The notes under the pieces: generated by a model
Databases searched by the model: none
What the model was told of the DNA's origin: nothing
What the model saw: the letters and a program-made list of their open reading frames with translations, nothing else
Translations under genes and position numbers: made by a program
Part shown: piece by piece, positions 52,968 through 62,467 of the stretch
Layout: every line of letters begins with the position of its first letter
Numbering within the stretch: position 1 is the first letter of the stretch
Source: Candidatus Omnitrophota bacterium
Lineage (GTDB): Bacteria > Omnitrophota > Gorgyraeia > Gygaellales > Profunditerraquicolaceae
Assembly (NCBI GenBank): GCA_029571225.1
Contig: JAKPTF010000097.1
Location: forward strand, 64,417 to 128,416
DNA: 64,000 nt
Direction: 5' to 3'

Positions 52968-54277
52968 TGGAAGTGAAATACAGGGATAAGAAGATCGAGA
53001 CGATTGATCGGGGCGCGCTAAAGGCGTTGCAGCTGAAGCGCCTAAGGGAGACTGTGCGGTACGCTTTGAAGACCCCGTTTTATAAGTCGCGTCTGAAAAA
53101 ATCCGGCATAAAATCCGCGGCCGATATCCGCAAGCTCGACGACCTCAACCGCATACCTTTCACGACAAAAGACGACCTGCGCGAATGTTACCCGACAGGC
53201 CTGCTTGCGGTGCCGATGAAGGACGTGATCAGGCTTCATACGTCGAGCGGCACGACCGGCATTCCGACCGTTATCTATCACACGCGCGGGGATATCGACG
53301 TCTGGACAGAGTTGCTTGCGCGTTCGATCGTCGCCACAGGCGCAGGCAAGGAGGACATATTCCAGAACATGATGTCATACGGCATGTTCACCGGAGGGCT
53401 CGGCCTTCATTACGGGGCGGAACGCGTCGGCATGACTGTGATCCCCATGGGCGGCGGCAACACAAAACGCCAGGTCCAGCTCATGAAGGACTTCGGGACG
53501 ACCGTGATGCATATAACGCCCAGTTACGCTCTCCATATATATTCAAAGCTCGAGGAATGCGGTGTATCGCTCAAAGACCTGAAACTCAAAAAGGCGTATC
53601 TGGGCGCGGAACCGTATTCGGAAAATACCCGCAAGAAGATAGAATCCCTTTACCATATCGACGCGTATAATTCATACGGCCTCTCCGAGATGAACGGCCC
53701 GGGCGTCGCGTTCGAATGCGTGTACAAGACCGGCATGCACTGCTGGGAAGACACCTATATTATCGAGGTCATCGACCCCAAAACGTGCGAGCCGCTTCCC
53801 GATGAAAAGGAAGGGGAGCTTGTGCTCACGAACCTGACGCGGCGCGCGACACCGCTTCTACGTTACCGCACGCGGGATATCGCATGCATTTACCGTGGGC
53901 CGTGCAGGTGCGGCCGTACGCACCGCAGGATATCGCGCATCACCGGCAGGACGGACGACATGCTCATCGTAAACGGGGTCAACGTGTATCCGTCTCAGAT
54001 CGAGGCAGTGATTATGCGCATTCCCGAGGTAGGCACTAATTACCAGATCTATCTTGAAAAAGAAGGGACGCTCGATAAACTGGTCGTTAAGGTCGAGATC
54101 TATTCGAAATTGTTTTCCGGCGAGATCAGCCAGATTGAGGCGCTCAAGAGCCGGATCAAAGACGAACTGCGCGCATCGATCGTGATCAATCCGGTGGTTG
54201 AACTCCACGAGCCCGGCAGCCTTCCCGTGTTCGAAGGCAAGGCAAAACGCGTGGTTGACGCCAGGGCAAAATTATAG
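52964..54277 (+). CDS. paaK: phenylacetate-CoA ligase family protein (copy 2)
   Basis: Same motif set as copy 1 (IPFTTKDDLRECYP, SSGTTGIPTV, RYRTRD, GRTDDMLIVNGVNVYPSQIE). Confidence 0.9.
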   Translation: MMEVKYRDKKIETIDRGALKALQLKRLRETVRYALKTPFYKSRLKKSGIKSAADIRKLDDLNRIPFTTKDDLRECYPTGLLAVPMKDVIRLHTSSGTTGIPTVIYHTRGDIDVWTELLARSIVATGAGKEDIFQNMMSYGMFTGGLGLHYGAERVGMTVIPMGGGNTKRQVQLMKDFGTTVMHITPSYALHIYSKLEECGVSLKDLKLKKAYLGAEPYSENTRKKIESLYHIDAYNSYGLSEMNGPGVAFECVYKTGMHCWEDTYIIEVIDPKTCEPLPDEKEGELVLTNLTRRATPLLRYRTRDIACIYRGPCRCGRTHRRISRITGRTDDMLIVNGVNVYPSQIEAVIMRIPEVGTNYQIYLEKEGTLDKLVVKVEIYSKLFSGEISQIEALKSRIKDELRASIVINPVVELHEPGSLPVFEGKAKRVVDARAKL

Positions 54278-54320
54278 CGGCGGCAAGCCGGAAGCGTTTT
54301 ATTAACGGAGGGTACATCCA

Positions 54321-54746
54321 ATGGCAAGAGAATTGAACATATTCGTCGAGAACCGTCCAGGCCGGCTGCGCTCGGTAGCCGAGGTTTTGTCGCAGAAAAG
54401 GATCAACGTGCGCACCATGACCCTTGCGGACCGCGGGGAGTTCGGCCTTATGAAAATGATCGTGGATAAGCCGCAGGAGGCGCTCCTGGCTCTTCAGGAT
54501 AAAGGTTTCGCCTGTGCCATCAAGGATATCCTGGCGATCGCGCTCAAAGACAAGCCGGGCAGCTTTTTGAAACTTGCCGACCTTTTATACACGCACAAGG
54601 TCAACGTCCTTGACGCCTACGGGTTTGTCATAGAGTCGAACAAACAGGCGGTGTTCTGTTTGGAGGTCAAGGACACGGCCGCGATTAAGAAGATACTCCG
54701 GAAGGCGGGCTTTGAACTTCTTGAGGACGAATTGCACGAATTCTGA
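54321..54746 (+). CDS. ACT domain-containing protein
   Basis: Paralog of 52536-52967 (NIFVENRPGRL; LAIALKDKPGSF). Confidence 0.75.
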   Translation: MARELNIFVENRPGRLRSVAEVLSQKRINVRTMTLADRGEFGLMKMIVDKPQEALLALQDKGFACAIKDILAIALKDKPGSFLKLADLLYTHKVNVLDAYGFVIESNKQAVFCLEVKDTAAIKKILRKAGFELLEDELHEF

Positions 54747-54747
54747 T

Positions 54748-55533
54748 ATGGTCATAGACATTCATGCGCATGCCTGGCCGGAGAAGGTATCGCAGAAGGC
54801 GCGCGAGAATCTGGAATCGTATTACACGGTTAAATGCTGCGGTGACCCCACGGTCTCGACGTTGCTTTCGTTCATGGACGCCAACAAGGTCGACGTGAGC
54901 GTTATTTGCGCCGTAGCGTCGAGGCCCGAACAGGTTGTTTCCATCAACGACTGGCTGTTCTCGGTGGCAGGCGAACGCATCAAGATATTCGCGTCCCTGC
55001 ATCCAGGGTACAGCGGCTGGAAGAAAGAAATCGCCCGTATCAGGGAATATGCCCACGGGATCAAATTCCAGCCGAGCTTCCAGTCCTTCTTCGTGGACGA
55101 TGAAGCGGTGTTCCCGGTGTACGAAGCCCTTGAGGGATCGGGGCTGCCGGTATTGTTCCACTCCGGAGATGAGCTGGCCCCGCAGATGACGATCAGGGCC
55201 ACGCCCGAACGGCTGCTCAAGGTCCATAAGAAATTCCCGGGCATGACCATGATCGCCGCGCACATGGGCGGGTTCAGGCAGTGGGACGAGGTAAAAAGAA
55301 TTCTCGTGGGCACTGACATATACCTGGATACGTCCGCGTCGTTCGGATATATATCCGACGAGGACGCTCTGTACATCATGCGCCGCCATCCGCAGGAACG
55401 CATCGTGTTCGGCACGGATTTCCCGTTCTTCAGCCAGAAGACCGGGCTTGACTATATTGAAAAGCTTGGCCTGGGCCGCCATCACAAGGAATTGATCCTT
55501 TCCGGAAACGCGCGCAGGTTATTGCGCATATAA
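54748..55533 (+). CDS. amidohydrolase-family (TIM-barrel metal-dependent hydrolase) protein
   Basis: The ATG at 54748 lies 1 nt after the upstream TGA. N-terminal IDIHAH motif, later H..G and a D near the C-terminus. Confidence 0.7.
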   Translation: MVIDIHAHAWPEKVSQKARENLESYYTVKCCGDPTVSTLLSFMDANKVDVSVICAVASRPEQVVSINDWLFSVAGERIKIFASLHPGYSGWKKEIARIREYAHGIKFQPSFQSFFVDDEAVFPVYEALEGSGLPVLFHSGDELAPQMTIRATPERLLKVHKKFPGMTMIAAHMGGFRQWDEVKRILVGTDIYLDTSASFGYISDEDALYIMRRHPQERIVFGTDFPFFSQKTGLDYIEKLGLGRHHKELILSGNARRLLRI

Positions 55534-55554
55534 GCAAACGCCACGGAGACGAAT

Positions 55555-57381
55555 ATGAAGACTGATGAAGCCGTTGGGCAGGACGCGGCGCAGCTGGCCG
55601 ATAAGGCATGGAGCCGCATCGGCAGGCAGAAGCGCGCCGGCATCCTCGTTCCGCTTTTTTCCGTTTTTTCGCAAAAAAGCGCCGGCATAGGAGATATCGA
55701 AGACATAAGGCCGCTTGCGGACTGGTGCAGCGCCTGCGGAAATTCTATTCTTCAACTGCTGCCCATGAACGAGGTCGGGCCGTTGTTCTGCCCGTATGAT
55801 TCCTTAAGCTCGTTCGCGCTTGACCCCATGTATATTCGGCTTGAAGGGGTTGACGGATTCGACACCGATGAGGCGCGCGCTTCAGTCGCGAAGCTCAAAG
55901 AGGCGTTCCCTGCAGGCAAAAGGAACGTTGACTACAGGATCAAGGCTGAAAAATTGAAAGTCCTGCGAGGCATCTTCGACGCGCTGCCTGAGTCGAAAAA
56001 AAACGGATTCAGGGAGTATGCGGACGCCAACAGCTATTGGCTGGAAGATTTCGCCTTATTCTGTTATCTCAAAAAAGCCCATAACGGATACGCATGGTGG
56101 CAATGGGATAAGGAATACCGTGACCGCGACCCTGTTGCGCTCAAGAACATCGCGATCGAGCACGCCAATGATCTTGATTTTTTCAAATGGCTCCAGTGGC
56201 AGCTGTTCAAGCAGTTCTCCGAGGCCAGAAAATACGCGCTGAAAAAAGGCATCCTGCTCAAAGGCGACCTGCCGATCCTGGTTTCCAGGGATTCGGCTGA
56301 CGTGTGGGCCCATCCGTCTTATTTCAACCTCGATTTTGTCGCCGGCGCTCCGCCTGATATGTACTGCGCAAAGGGCCAGCGCTGGGGAACTCCGACTTAT
56401 AAATGGGACGCGATCTTCTCCGACGCGGGCACGTATCTTGCGGAAAAGCTCGCCTACGCCCAGAACTTCTACGATATCCTGCGCATCGACCACGTGGTCG
56501 GGCTTTTCCGGATATGGGCGATCCCGTTCAACGATCCCGAGGAGAACAAGGGGTTGAACGGCGCCTACGATCCCGGGGACGAACAGCAGTGGGAGTCGCA
56601 CGGCAAGCGTATCCTGTCGTTCATGCTGGCGCATACCTCGATGCTTTTGTGCGCGGAGGACCTCGGCACGATCCCTCCTGTGTGCACCAAGACGCTGCTC
56701 GAGTTCAAAATACCAGGCAACGACGTGCAGCGCTGGATCAAGGACTGGAAAGTAAAGCACGATTTCCTCGCACCCGGGGAATACCGGCCCCTTGCGGTAT
56801 CAATGCTTTCCACGCACGACACCACGAACTGGAGCGCGTGGTGGGAGAACGAAGCGGGCACGATCGACGAAGGATTGTTCGACCGCCTGTGCGCGGCACG
56901 CGGCATAGACGCAGCGGCCATGAAAAAGGCGCTGTTCGATCCTAATCTGTCCGCACACGGAAGGCTTCGCTGGCTCAAGGATATAGACTCGGTCGACAGG
57001 CTCGTATCCATACTCGGCCAGGGCCGCGATCAGCTGTGGCAGTTTATTGACCTGTATGAGAACTCGTATATGGAGAAGGAAAAGCTCTGGAAGCAGATGG
57101 CCATGAAAGGCGCCATGAAGGAAAAAGCGACCAGATCGCTGGTCAGCGAGGTCATGCGGGCAAACCTGCAGACCGCTTCCGTATTTTCGATCAACCTGAT
57201 CACCGATATTCTGTATCTTTTCGGCGCGATCAGCGGCGATCCATACGATTACCGGTTGAATACGCCCGGCACGGTCGGTCCGGCCAACTGGTCGCTCGTA
57301 ATGCCGCTGTCGATAGAAGAAATGCAGGATGAGAAATACACTTCTATCTTGCGTAAAATGATCAAAGCTTCAGGCCGGTGA
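55555..57381 (+). CDS. malQ: 4-alpha-glucanotransferase (GH77 amylomaltase)
   Basis: [35 protein letters not shown]-like AEDLGTIP and THDT. Confidence 0.85.
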   Translation: MKTDEAVGQDAAQLADKAWSRIGRQKRAGILVPLFSVFSQKSAGIGDIEDIRPLADWCSACGNSILQLLPMNEVGPLFCPYDSLSSFALDPMYIRLEGVDGFDTDEARASVAKLKEAFPAGKRNVDYRIKAEKLKVLRGIFDALPESKKNGFREYADANSYWLEDFALFCYLKKAHNGYAWWQWDKEYRDRDPVALKNIAIEHANDLDFFKWLQWQLFKQFSEARKYALKKGILLKGDLPILVSRDSADVWAHPSYFNLDFVAGAPPDMYCAKGQRWGTPTYKWDAIFSDAGTYLAEKLAYAQNFYDILRIDHVVGLFRIWAIPFNDPEENKGLNGAYDPGDEQQWESHGKRILSFMLAHTSMLLCAEDLGTIPPVCTKTLLEFKIPGNDVQRWIKDWKVKHDFLAPGEYRPLAVSMLSTHDTTNWSAWWENEAGTIDEGLFDRLCAARGIDAAAMKKALFDPNLSAHGRLRWLKDIDSVDRLVSILGQGRDQLWQFIDLYENSYMEKEKLWKQMAMKGAMKEKATRSLVSEVMRANLQTASVFSINLITDILYLFGAISGDPYDYRLNTPGTVGPANWSLVMPLSIEEMQDEKYTSILRKMIKASGR

Positions 57382-57412
57382 CCGGCGGAAGCCCAAACAA
57401 AGGAGCGCACGT

Positions 57413-58762
57413 ATGGAAACAACTAGGTTTATGCTTGGCGAAAAAGATATCCCGCAGGCATGGTATAATGTCGCGGCTGACCTGCCGTTCCAGCTTCCGC
57501 CGCCCATACATCCGGGAACATTAAAGCCGTTGCAGCCGCAGGACCTGGCGCATATTTTTCCGATGGAGCTGATCAAACAGGAGATGTCGGCGAAACGCTG
57601 GATCGATATCCCGTCAGAGGTACTCGATATTTACCGTATCTGGAGGCCGACTCCCTTAAAGCGCGCGGTCAGGCTCGAAAAGGCGCTCAAGACCAAGGCG
57701 CGCATCTATTACAAGGATGAAAGCGTTTCTCCTGCCGGCAGCCATAAGCCGAACACCGCCGTTGCGCAGGCGTATTATAACAAAAAGGCAGGCATCGAGC
57801 GCCTGACTACGGAAACCGGAGCCGGACAGTGGGGCAGCGCCTTGAGCTTTGCGTGCAACATATTCGGCCTCAAGTGCACGGTGTATATGGTAAAGGTCAG
57901 TTACCATCAGAAGCCGTTTCGCAGGTCGCTCATGCATATATGGGGATCAAATGTCATCGCGTCGCCCTCGGATACTACCGACGCCGGCAGGGCCATGCTC
58001 AAGGCCGACCCCCATTCGCAGGGATCCCTCGGCGCGGCCATATCCGAAGCGGTGGAGGATGCAGCCAAGCATAAGAATACCAATTATTCCCTCGGCAGCG
58101 TGCTTAACCACGTGCTTCTGCATCAGACGGTAATCGGCCTTGAATTGAAGAAACAGCTGAAAATGGCAGGCGAGACTCCGGATTATCTGATTGCCTGCGT
58201 CGGCGGAGGGAGCAACTTCGGCGGGTTTGCCCTGCCGTTTATCACCGATAAGCTAAAGCGCCCGTCTTTGAAAATCATAGCTGTAGAGCCGAGCGCCTGC
58301 CCCAGTATCACCAGGGGAAAATACGCCTATGATTTCGGCGATACAGAAATGCTTACCCCGCTTTTGAAGATGTTCACGCTGGGACATAAGTTCATGCCGC
58401 CGGGGATACACGCCGGGGGCTTGAGGTATCACGGATGCTCGTCGCTTGTCAGCGCATTATGCGCGCATAAGCTCATCGACGCAGTATCATGCGAACAACT
58501 GGACATCTTCAAGTCGGCTATGCTTTTCGCGCAGACCGAGGGAACGCTTCCGGCTCCGGAAAGCGCCCACGCCATCAAGGCTGCAATAGACGTGGCAAAA
58601 CGCGCTCCGAAGGGCAAATGTATTGTTTTTAACCTGAGCGGCCACGGGTTCCTAGACCTGGGGTCATACGACAAATATATGGCGGGTGAGCTCGTAAATT
58701 ACGCGCATCCCTCGGCGGAGATCGAGCGTGCTTTGAAGGACCTGCCTAAGGTCTGCGAATAA
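57413..58762 (+). CDS. trpB: TrpB-like PLP-dependent enzyme (tryptophan synthase beta, TrpB2 type)
   Basis: [34 protein letters not shown] and NLSGHG. Confidence 0.85.
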   Translation: METTRFMLGEKDIPQAWYNVAADLPFQLPPPIHPGTLKPLQPQDLAHIFPMELIKQEMSAKRWIDIPSEVLDIYRIWRPTPLKRAVRLEKALKTKARIYYKDESVSPAGSHKPNTAVAQAYYNKKAGIERLTTETGAGQWGSALSFACNIFGLKCTVYMVKVSYHQKPFRRSLMHIWGSNVIASPSDTTDAGRAMLKADPHSQGSLGAAISEAVEDAAKHKNTNYSLGSVLNHVLLHQTVIGLELKKQLKMAGETPDYLIACVGGGSNFGGFALPFITDKLKRPSLKIIAVEPSACPSITRGKYAYDFGDTEMLTPLLKMFTLGHKFMPPGIHAGGLRYHGCSSLVSALCAHKLIDAVSCEQLDIFKSAMLFAQTEGTLPAPESAHAIKAAIDVAKRAPKGKCIVFNLSGHGFLDLGSYDKYMAGELVNYAHPSAEIERALKDLPKVCE

Positions 58763-58786
58763 AGGTTGTTATCAAGAGAGGAAGAA

Positions 58787-59134
58787 ATGGACCGTGAACT
58801 GATCGTCATTGGCGACCGCGTGCTCATCGAGCCGGATACCGAGACCGAGAAGACCGATACGGGATTGTATCTTCCGCAGGGCATCAAGGAAAAGGAAAAG
58901 GTCCAGGCAGGCACGGTTGTAAAGACCGGGCCGGGATTTCCCATCCCAAGCCCCGAGGACCTCGAGATCGAGCCGTGGCAGTCGCCCGAACAACTGAAGA
59001 AATATTTTCCCCTTCAGGCAAAGGAAGGGGATTATTGCATATTCCTGCGCAACTCCGGCGTTGAGATAACCTATGAAGGGCGCAAGCTCGTCATCGTGCC
59101 CCATTCGGCGATCCTGGTTCTTCTGCGTGGATAA
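58787..59134 (+). CDS. GroES/Cpn10-like co-chaperonin family protein
   Basis: GDRVLIEP....KT..GLYLP......K...G.VV..GPG pattern with an insertion. GAGAGGAAG lies upstream of the ATG at 58787. Confidence 0.55.
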   Translation: MDRELIVIGDRVLIEPDTETEKTDTGLYLPQGIKEKEKVQAGTVVKTGPGFPIPSPEDLEIEPWQSPEQLKKYFPLQAKEGDYCIFLRNSGVEITYEGRKLVIVPHSAILVLLRG

Positions 59135-60272
59135 GATTAACCTGCTTTACGTTATAACGAAGCTTGAGCTGGGCGGAGCGCAAAAGCAGCTCCTATCGCT
59201 CATACAGGGGCTTGACAGGGCCCGTTACAATATTTTCCTGTTTGCCGCGCGCGAAGGCATCCTTATGGACGATGCCCTTGCGGTTCCGGGCCTTCGCGTG
59301 CACCGGTCGCTCTTCCTGGAACGGGCAGTAAATCCGTTCTTAGACATCCCGGCGTTCTTCGAGCTGGCATTTTTTATCAGGCGGGAAAAAATAGATATTG
59401 TTCATACGCACAGCTCCAAGGCCGGGATACTGGGCAGGTTCGCCGCTGCGGCTGCCGGCGTCAGGGCAATCTATCATACCGTTCATGGCTGGCCGTTTCA
59501 TGATTTCCAGTTCCCTCCGGCCAGATGGTTTTTTGTGTCTCTTGAACGATGCGCGGCTGCCGTGACCACCCGGATCATTGTGGTGTCGGAGCACGATAAA
59601 ACGCGAGGGCTCAAATACGGGATCGGTTGCGATGGCCGCTACAGCCTCGTGCGATACGGCATCGATGCGGCGGCGTTTGAGGAGGCTATTCCTGCAGCGC
59701 GCAAAAGCTTGGGCATACCTGAAGGCGTGCCTGTCGCAGCTATGATTTCGTGTTTTAAACCGCAGAAGGCAGTGCAGGATCTCATTACTGTCGCCCGTGA
59801 TGTTTGTGCCGTAAGAAAGGATGCCTTGTTCATGATCGCGGGCGACGGCACCCGGCGCCGCGCGATATCGAAGCTGATCCGAGCATACGGCCTCAAGGGC
59901 AACGTTCTCCTTCTTGGATGGCGCCGGGATATCCCGGAGATTCTTGCAAGCTGCGACGTTTTTATTCTGACGTCGTTATGGGAAGGCATGCCGATCGCGG
60001 TCATCGAAGCCATGGCAGCGTCCCGTCCCGTCATCGTTACGGATACAGGCGGCGTGAGGGAGCTTGTCAGGGACGGAGATACCGGATTCATTGTTCCCTG
60101 CCGCGACACGGGCGCCATGTCCCGGAGATTATTGACGCTGTTCCATGACCCGGCAATGAGAGCACGCATCGGGAATAAAGCTCGCGATTCCTTAAAAGAC
60201 GATTATTCGGCGCGCCGGATGGCGCAAGAAACGCAGCGTTTGTACGGAACGGCCGCTGGCAGCCTGCCGTGA
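59127..60272 (+). CDS. GT4-family glycosyltransferase
   Basis: INLLYVITKLELGGAQK N-terminus and a C-terminal EG.P.A.IEAMA...PV..TD.GG..E motif. The start is uncertain (GTG at 59127 overlaps the upstream stop). Confidence 0.75.
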   Translation: MDKINLLYVITKLELGGAQKQLLSLIQGLDRARYNIFLFAAREGILMDDALAVPGLRVHRSLFLERAVNPFLDIPAFFELAFFIRREKIDIVHTHSSKAGILGRFAAAAAGVRAIYHTVHGWPFHDFQFPPARWFFVSLERCAAAVTTRIIVVSEHDKTRGLKYGIGCDGRYSLVRYGIDAAAFEEAIPAARKSLGIPEGVPVAAMISCFKPQKAVQDLITVARDVCAVRKDALFMIAGDGTRRRAISKLIRAYGLKGNVLLLGWRRDIPEILASCDVFILTSLWEGMPIAVIEAMAASRPVIVTDTGGVRELVRDGDTGFIVPCRDTGAMSRRLLTLFHDPAMRARIGNKARDSLKDDYSARRMAQETQRLYGTAAGSLP

Positions 60273-60291
60273 ACTCACGAAAGGAGCATAC

Positions 60292-61218
60292 ATGGGATCG
60301 TTTGACATAAAATCGCTGATAGCCAATATCGAAAAGGTTATCGTAGGCAAGACCGAAACGGTGAAGCTTTTGCTCGTCGGCCTGCTCACCGACGGCCACA
60401 TCCTTATCGAAGACGTGCCGGGGACGGGCAAGACTATGATGTCGCTTGCGCTTGCAAAGTCAGTGAGCGGCGACTTTAAGCGCATCCAGTTCACGCCTGA
60501 CCTTTTGCCTTCGGACGTGACCGGAGGCCACGTGTACAATCCCAAGACGGGCGATTTCGATTTCAAAAAAGGGCCCATATTCACGAACCTCCTACTTGCT
60601 GACGAGGTTAACCGCACCACGCCGCGCACGCAATCCGCGCTGCTTGAATGCATGCAGGAGCGCACCGTCACGCTAGACGGAAAAACATTCCATCTGCCGT
60701 CGCCGTTCATGGTCGTTGCGACCCAGAACCCGATTGAGCATCAGGGAACGTACCCTTTGCCCGAAGCGCAGATAGACAGGTTCCTCCTGAAGATATCCAT
60801 GGGCTACCTGACAGCGCAGGAGGAAATGGCTGTGGTTTCAACGCAAAAGGTCCGCCATCCGATCGAGACATTGCCCTCGGTCGCTAGCCTTGCGGATATT
60901 TTATCGCTGCAGGAAACGGTCAAGAATATAGCCATCTCGGAACAGGTCATGAAATATATCGTGGACCTTGTATATGCGACGCGCACCAAGGAAGACATCA
61001 AGCTCGGCGCAAGCCCCCGCGCCTCCATAGCGCTTATGAAGGCCAGCTCCGCCTGGGCGTTCCTGGAGGGGCGCGATTACGTAGTGCCTGAGGATGTCGC
61101 TCAATTGCTTCCGTTCGTCCTCAAACACCGGGTCAATATGCATCCGAAGGCCCTGGTCGCCGGCAAGACCGCTGATCTGGCAGTGCGCGAGATCCTTGCA
61201 GCGGTCCCCATACCATAA
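60292..61218 (+). CDS. MoxR-family AAA+ ATPase
   Basis: GHILIEDVPGTGKT (Walker A), LLADEVNR (Walker B), FMVVATQNP, and GASPRA. Confidence 0.92.
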   Translation: MGSFDIKSLIANIEKVIVGKTETVKLLLVGLLTDGHILIEDVPGTGKTMMSLALAKSVSGDFKRIQFTPDLLPSDVTGGHVYNPKTGDFDFKKGPIFTNLLLADEVNRTTPRTQSALLECMQERTVTLDGKTFHLPSPFMVVATQNPIEHQGTYPLPEAQIDRFLLKISMGYLTAQEEMAVVSTQKVRHPIETLPSVASLADILSLQETVKNIAISEQVMKYIVDLVYATRTKEDIKLGASPRASIALMKASSAWAFLEGRDYVVPEDVAQLLPFVLKHRVNMHPKALVAGKTADLAVREILAAVPIP

Positions 61219-61224
61219 AGGCCT

Positions 61225-62463
61225 GTGATGGATAGATTTTCCATAAAACGCCTGGCCCTTGTCGGAGTCGTATTTATATTCAACGGTGTGCTCGTCTTGC
61301 GCACACCCGTTGTTTTTTTCAGGTTTTTGTTCTGGTTTTTCATGGTATCGGTCCTTATTGATGCAGTGGGGCTGGCAGTGACAAGGTACGGTATGCGCGT
61401 CACGGTCAAACGCAGGCATCCCGGCCGCGTGGACGAAGGCGACCGGATCGAGATAGAGATCGAAATAGAAAATACCGGAGCTGCGCCTGTCTTCAACACA
61501 GTCATAGAAGACTGCATTTCCTGCGCGCCCGAGGCGCAGCGTATCCAGCGCGCCGAAGTCGATTACCTGCCGTCTGGATATCCTATGGTGGTACGCTGGA
61601 GATGCGCCTGCGAGGCCCGAGGCAGGTACGCCCTTGGCCCGTGCAGGCTGTATTATTCGGATTTTTTCGGTCTCTTTACTTTCAGCAAAATACTGCCGGA
61701 TACGGAGTCTCAGATATACGTGTATCCGCGCATATTCCGGATCAACAAGTTCCCGCCTATGATGAAAGGGACCGCGCCGTGGTTCGGGATAGGAGCGTCG
61801 CGTTCAAGCGGAGGCGACGATGAATTTTTCGGGGTCCGGGATTACCGTTCCGGAGATCCGGTGAAAAGCATCCACTGGATTTCGACGGCGCGCAGGAACA
61901 AGCTGATTGTCAGGGAATTTCAGCAGCAGAATTTTTTTCGAGCGACAATCCTGTTCAATATGTCCGGGGAATCCAATCTCGGCGAGGGCAGGGAGAGCGT
62001 CGCGGAATATATCGCCCGCATTGCCGCATCGGTTTCAAAACACCTTCTGGATAATGATATCGCCGTCGAGGTCATAGCACATACACAGGAGATTGTCCAC
62101 ATTCCTTCCAACAAGGGCGCTGAGCATCTCGAGGAGATACTGAAATTCCTGACCGTTGCCCAGCCGGAGAGCAATGTGTCTCTTGCAGAGATCTTCCGCG
62201 AGTTCATGAGGTTCATCCCGGACGATTCCAATCTCATTGTGATCATGCTTGACCGGGATTGGGATGTGTTCCTGACCTATGCCACTGCCGGAAGGCGCAA
62301 CGTATCGCTTGTGCCTTTGATCCTGCTTTCATCGTCGTTCGTCACGGGATATGAGCGCAAGGAAACGCTTTTGCGCGCAAAGGTTAAATTCGCCGAGCAC
62401 GGAGATATAAGCCCGCTGGTTTTCTCGGCGGGGGAGGACCTTGAACGTAATTTTTCAGCGTGA
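61225..62463 (+). CDS. DUF58 domain-containing protein
   Basis: N-terminal TM helices. GGDDEFFGVRDYRSGDPVKSIHW is the DUF58 signature. Canonical position after moxR. Confidence 0.85.
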   Translation: MMDRFSIKRLALVGVVFIFNGVLVLRTPVVFFRFLFWFFMVSVLIDAVGLAVTRYGMRVTVKRRHPGRVDEGDRIEIEIEIENTGAAPVFNTVIEDCISCAPEAQRIQRAEVDYLPSGYPMVVRWRCACEARGRYALGPCRLYYSDFFGLFTFSKILPDTESQIYVYPRIFRINKFPPMMKGTAPWFGIGASRSSGGDDEFFGVRDYRSGDPVKSIHWISTARRNKLIVREFQQQNFFRATILFNMSGESNLGEGRESVAEYIARIAASVSKHLLDNDIAVEVIAHTQEIVHIPSNKGAEHLEEILKFLTVAQPESNVSLAEIFREFMRFIPDDSNLIVIMLDRDWDVFLTYATAGRRNVSLVPLILLSSSFVTGYERKETLLRAKVKFAEHGDISPLVFSAGEDLERNFSA

Positions 62464-62467
62464 GCGT

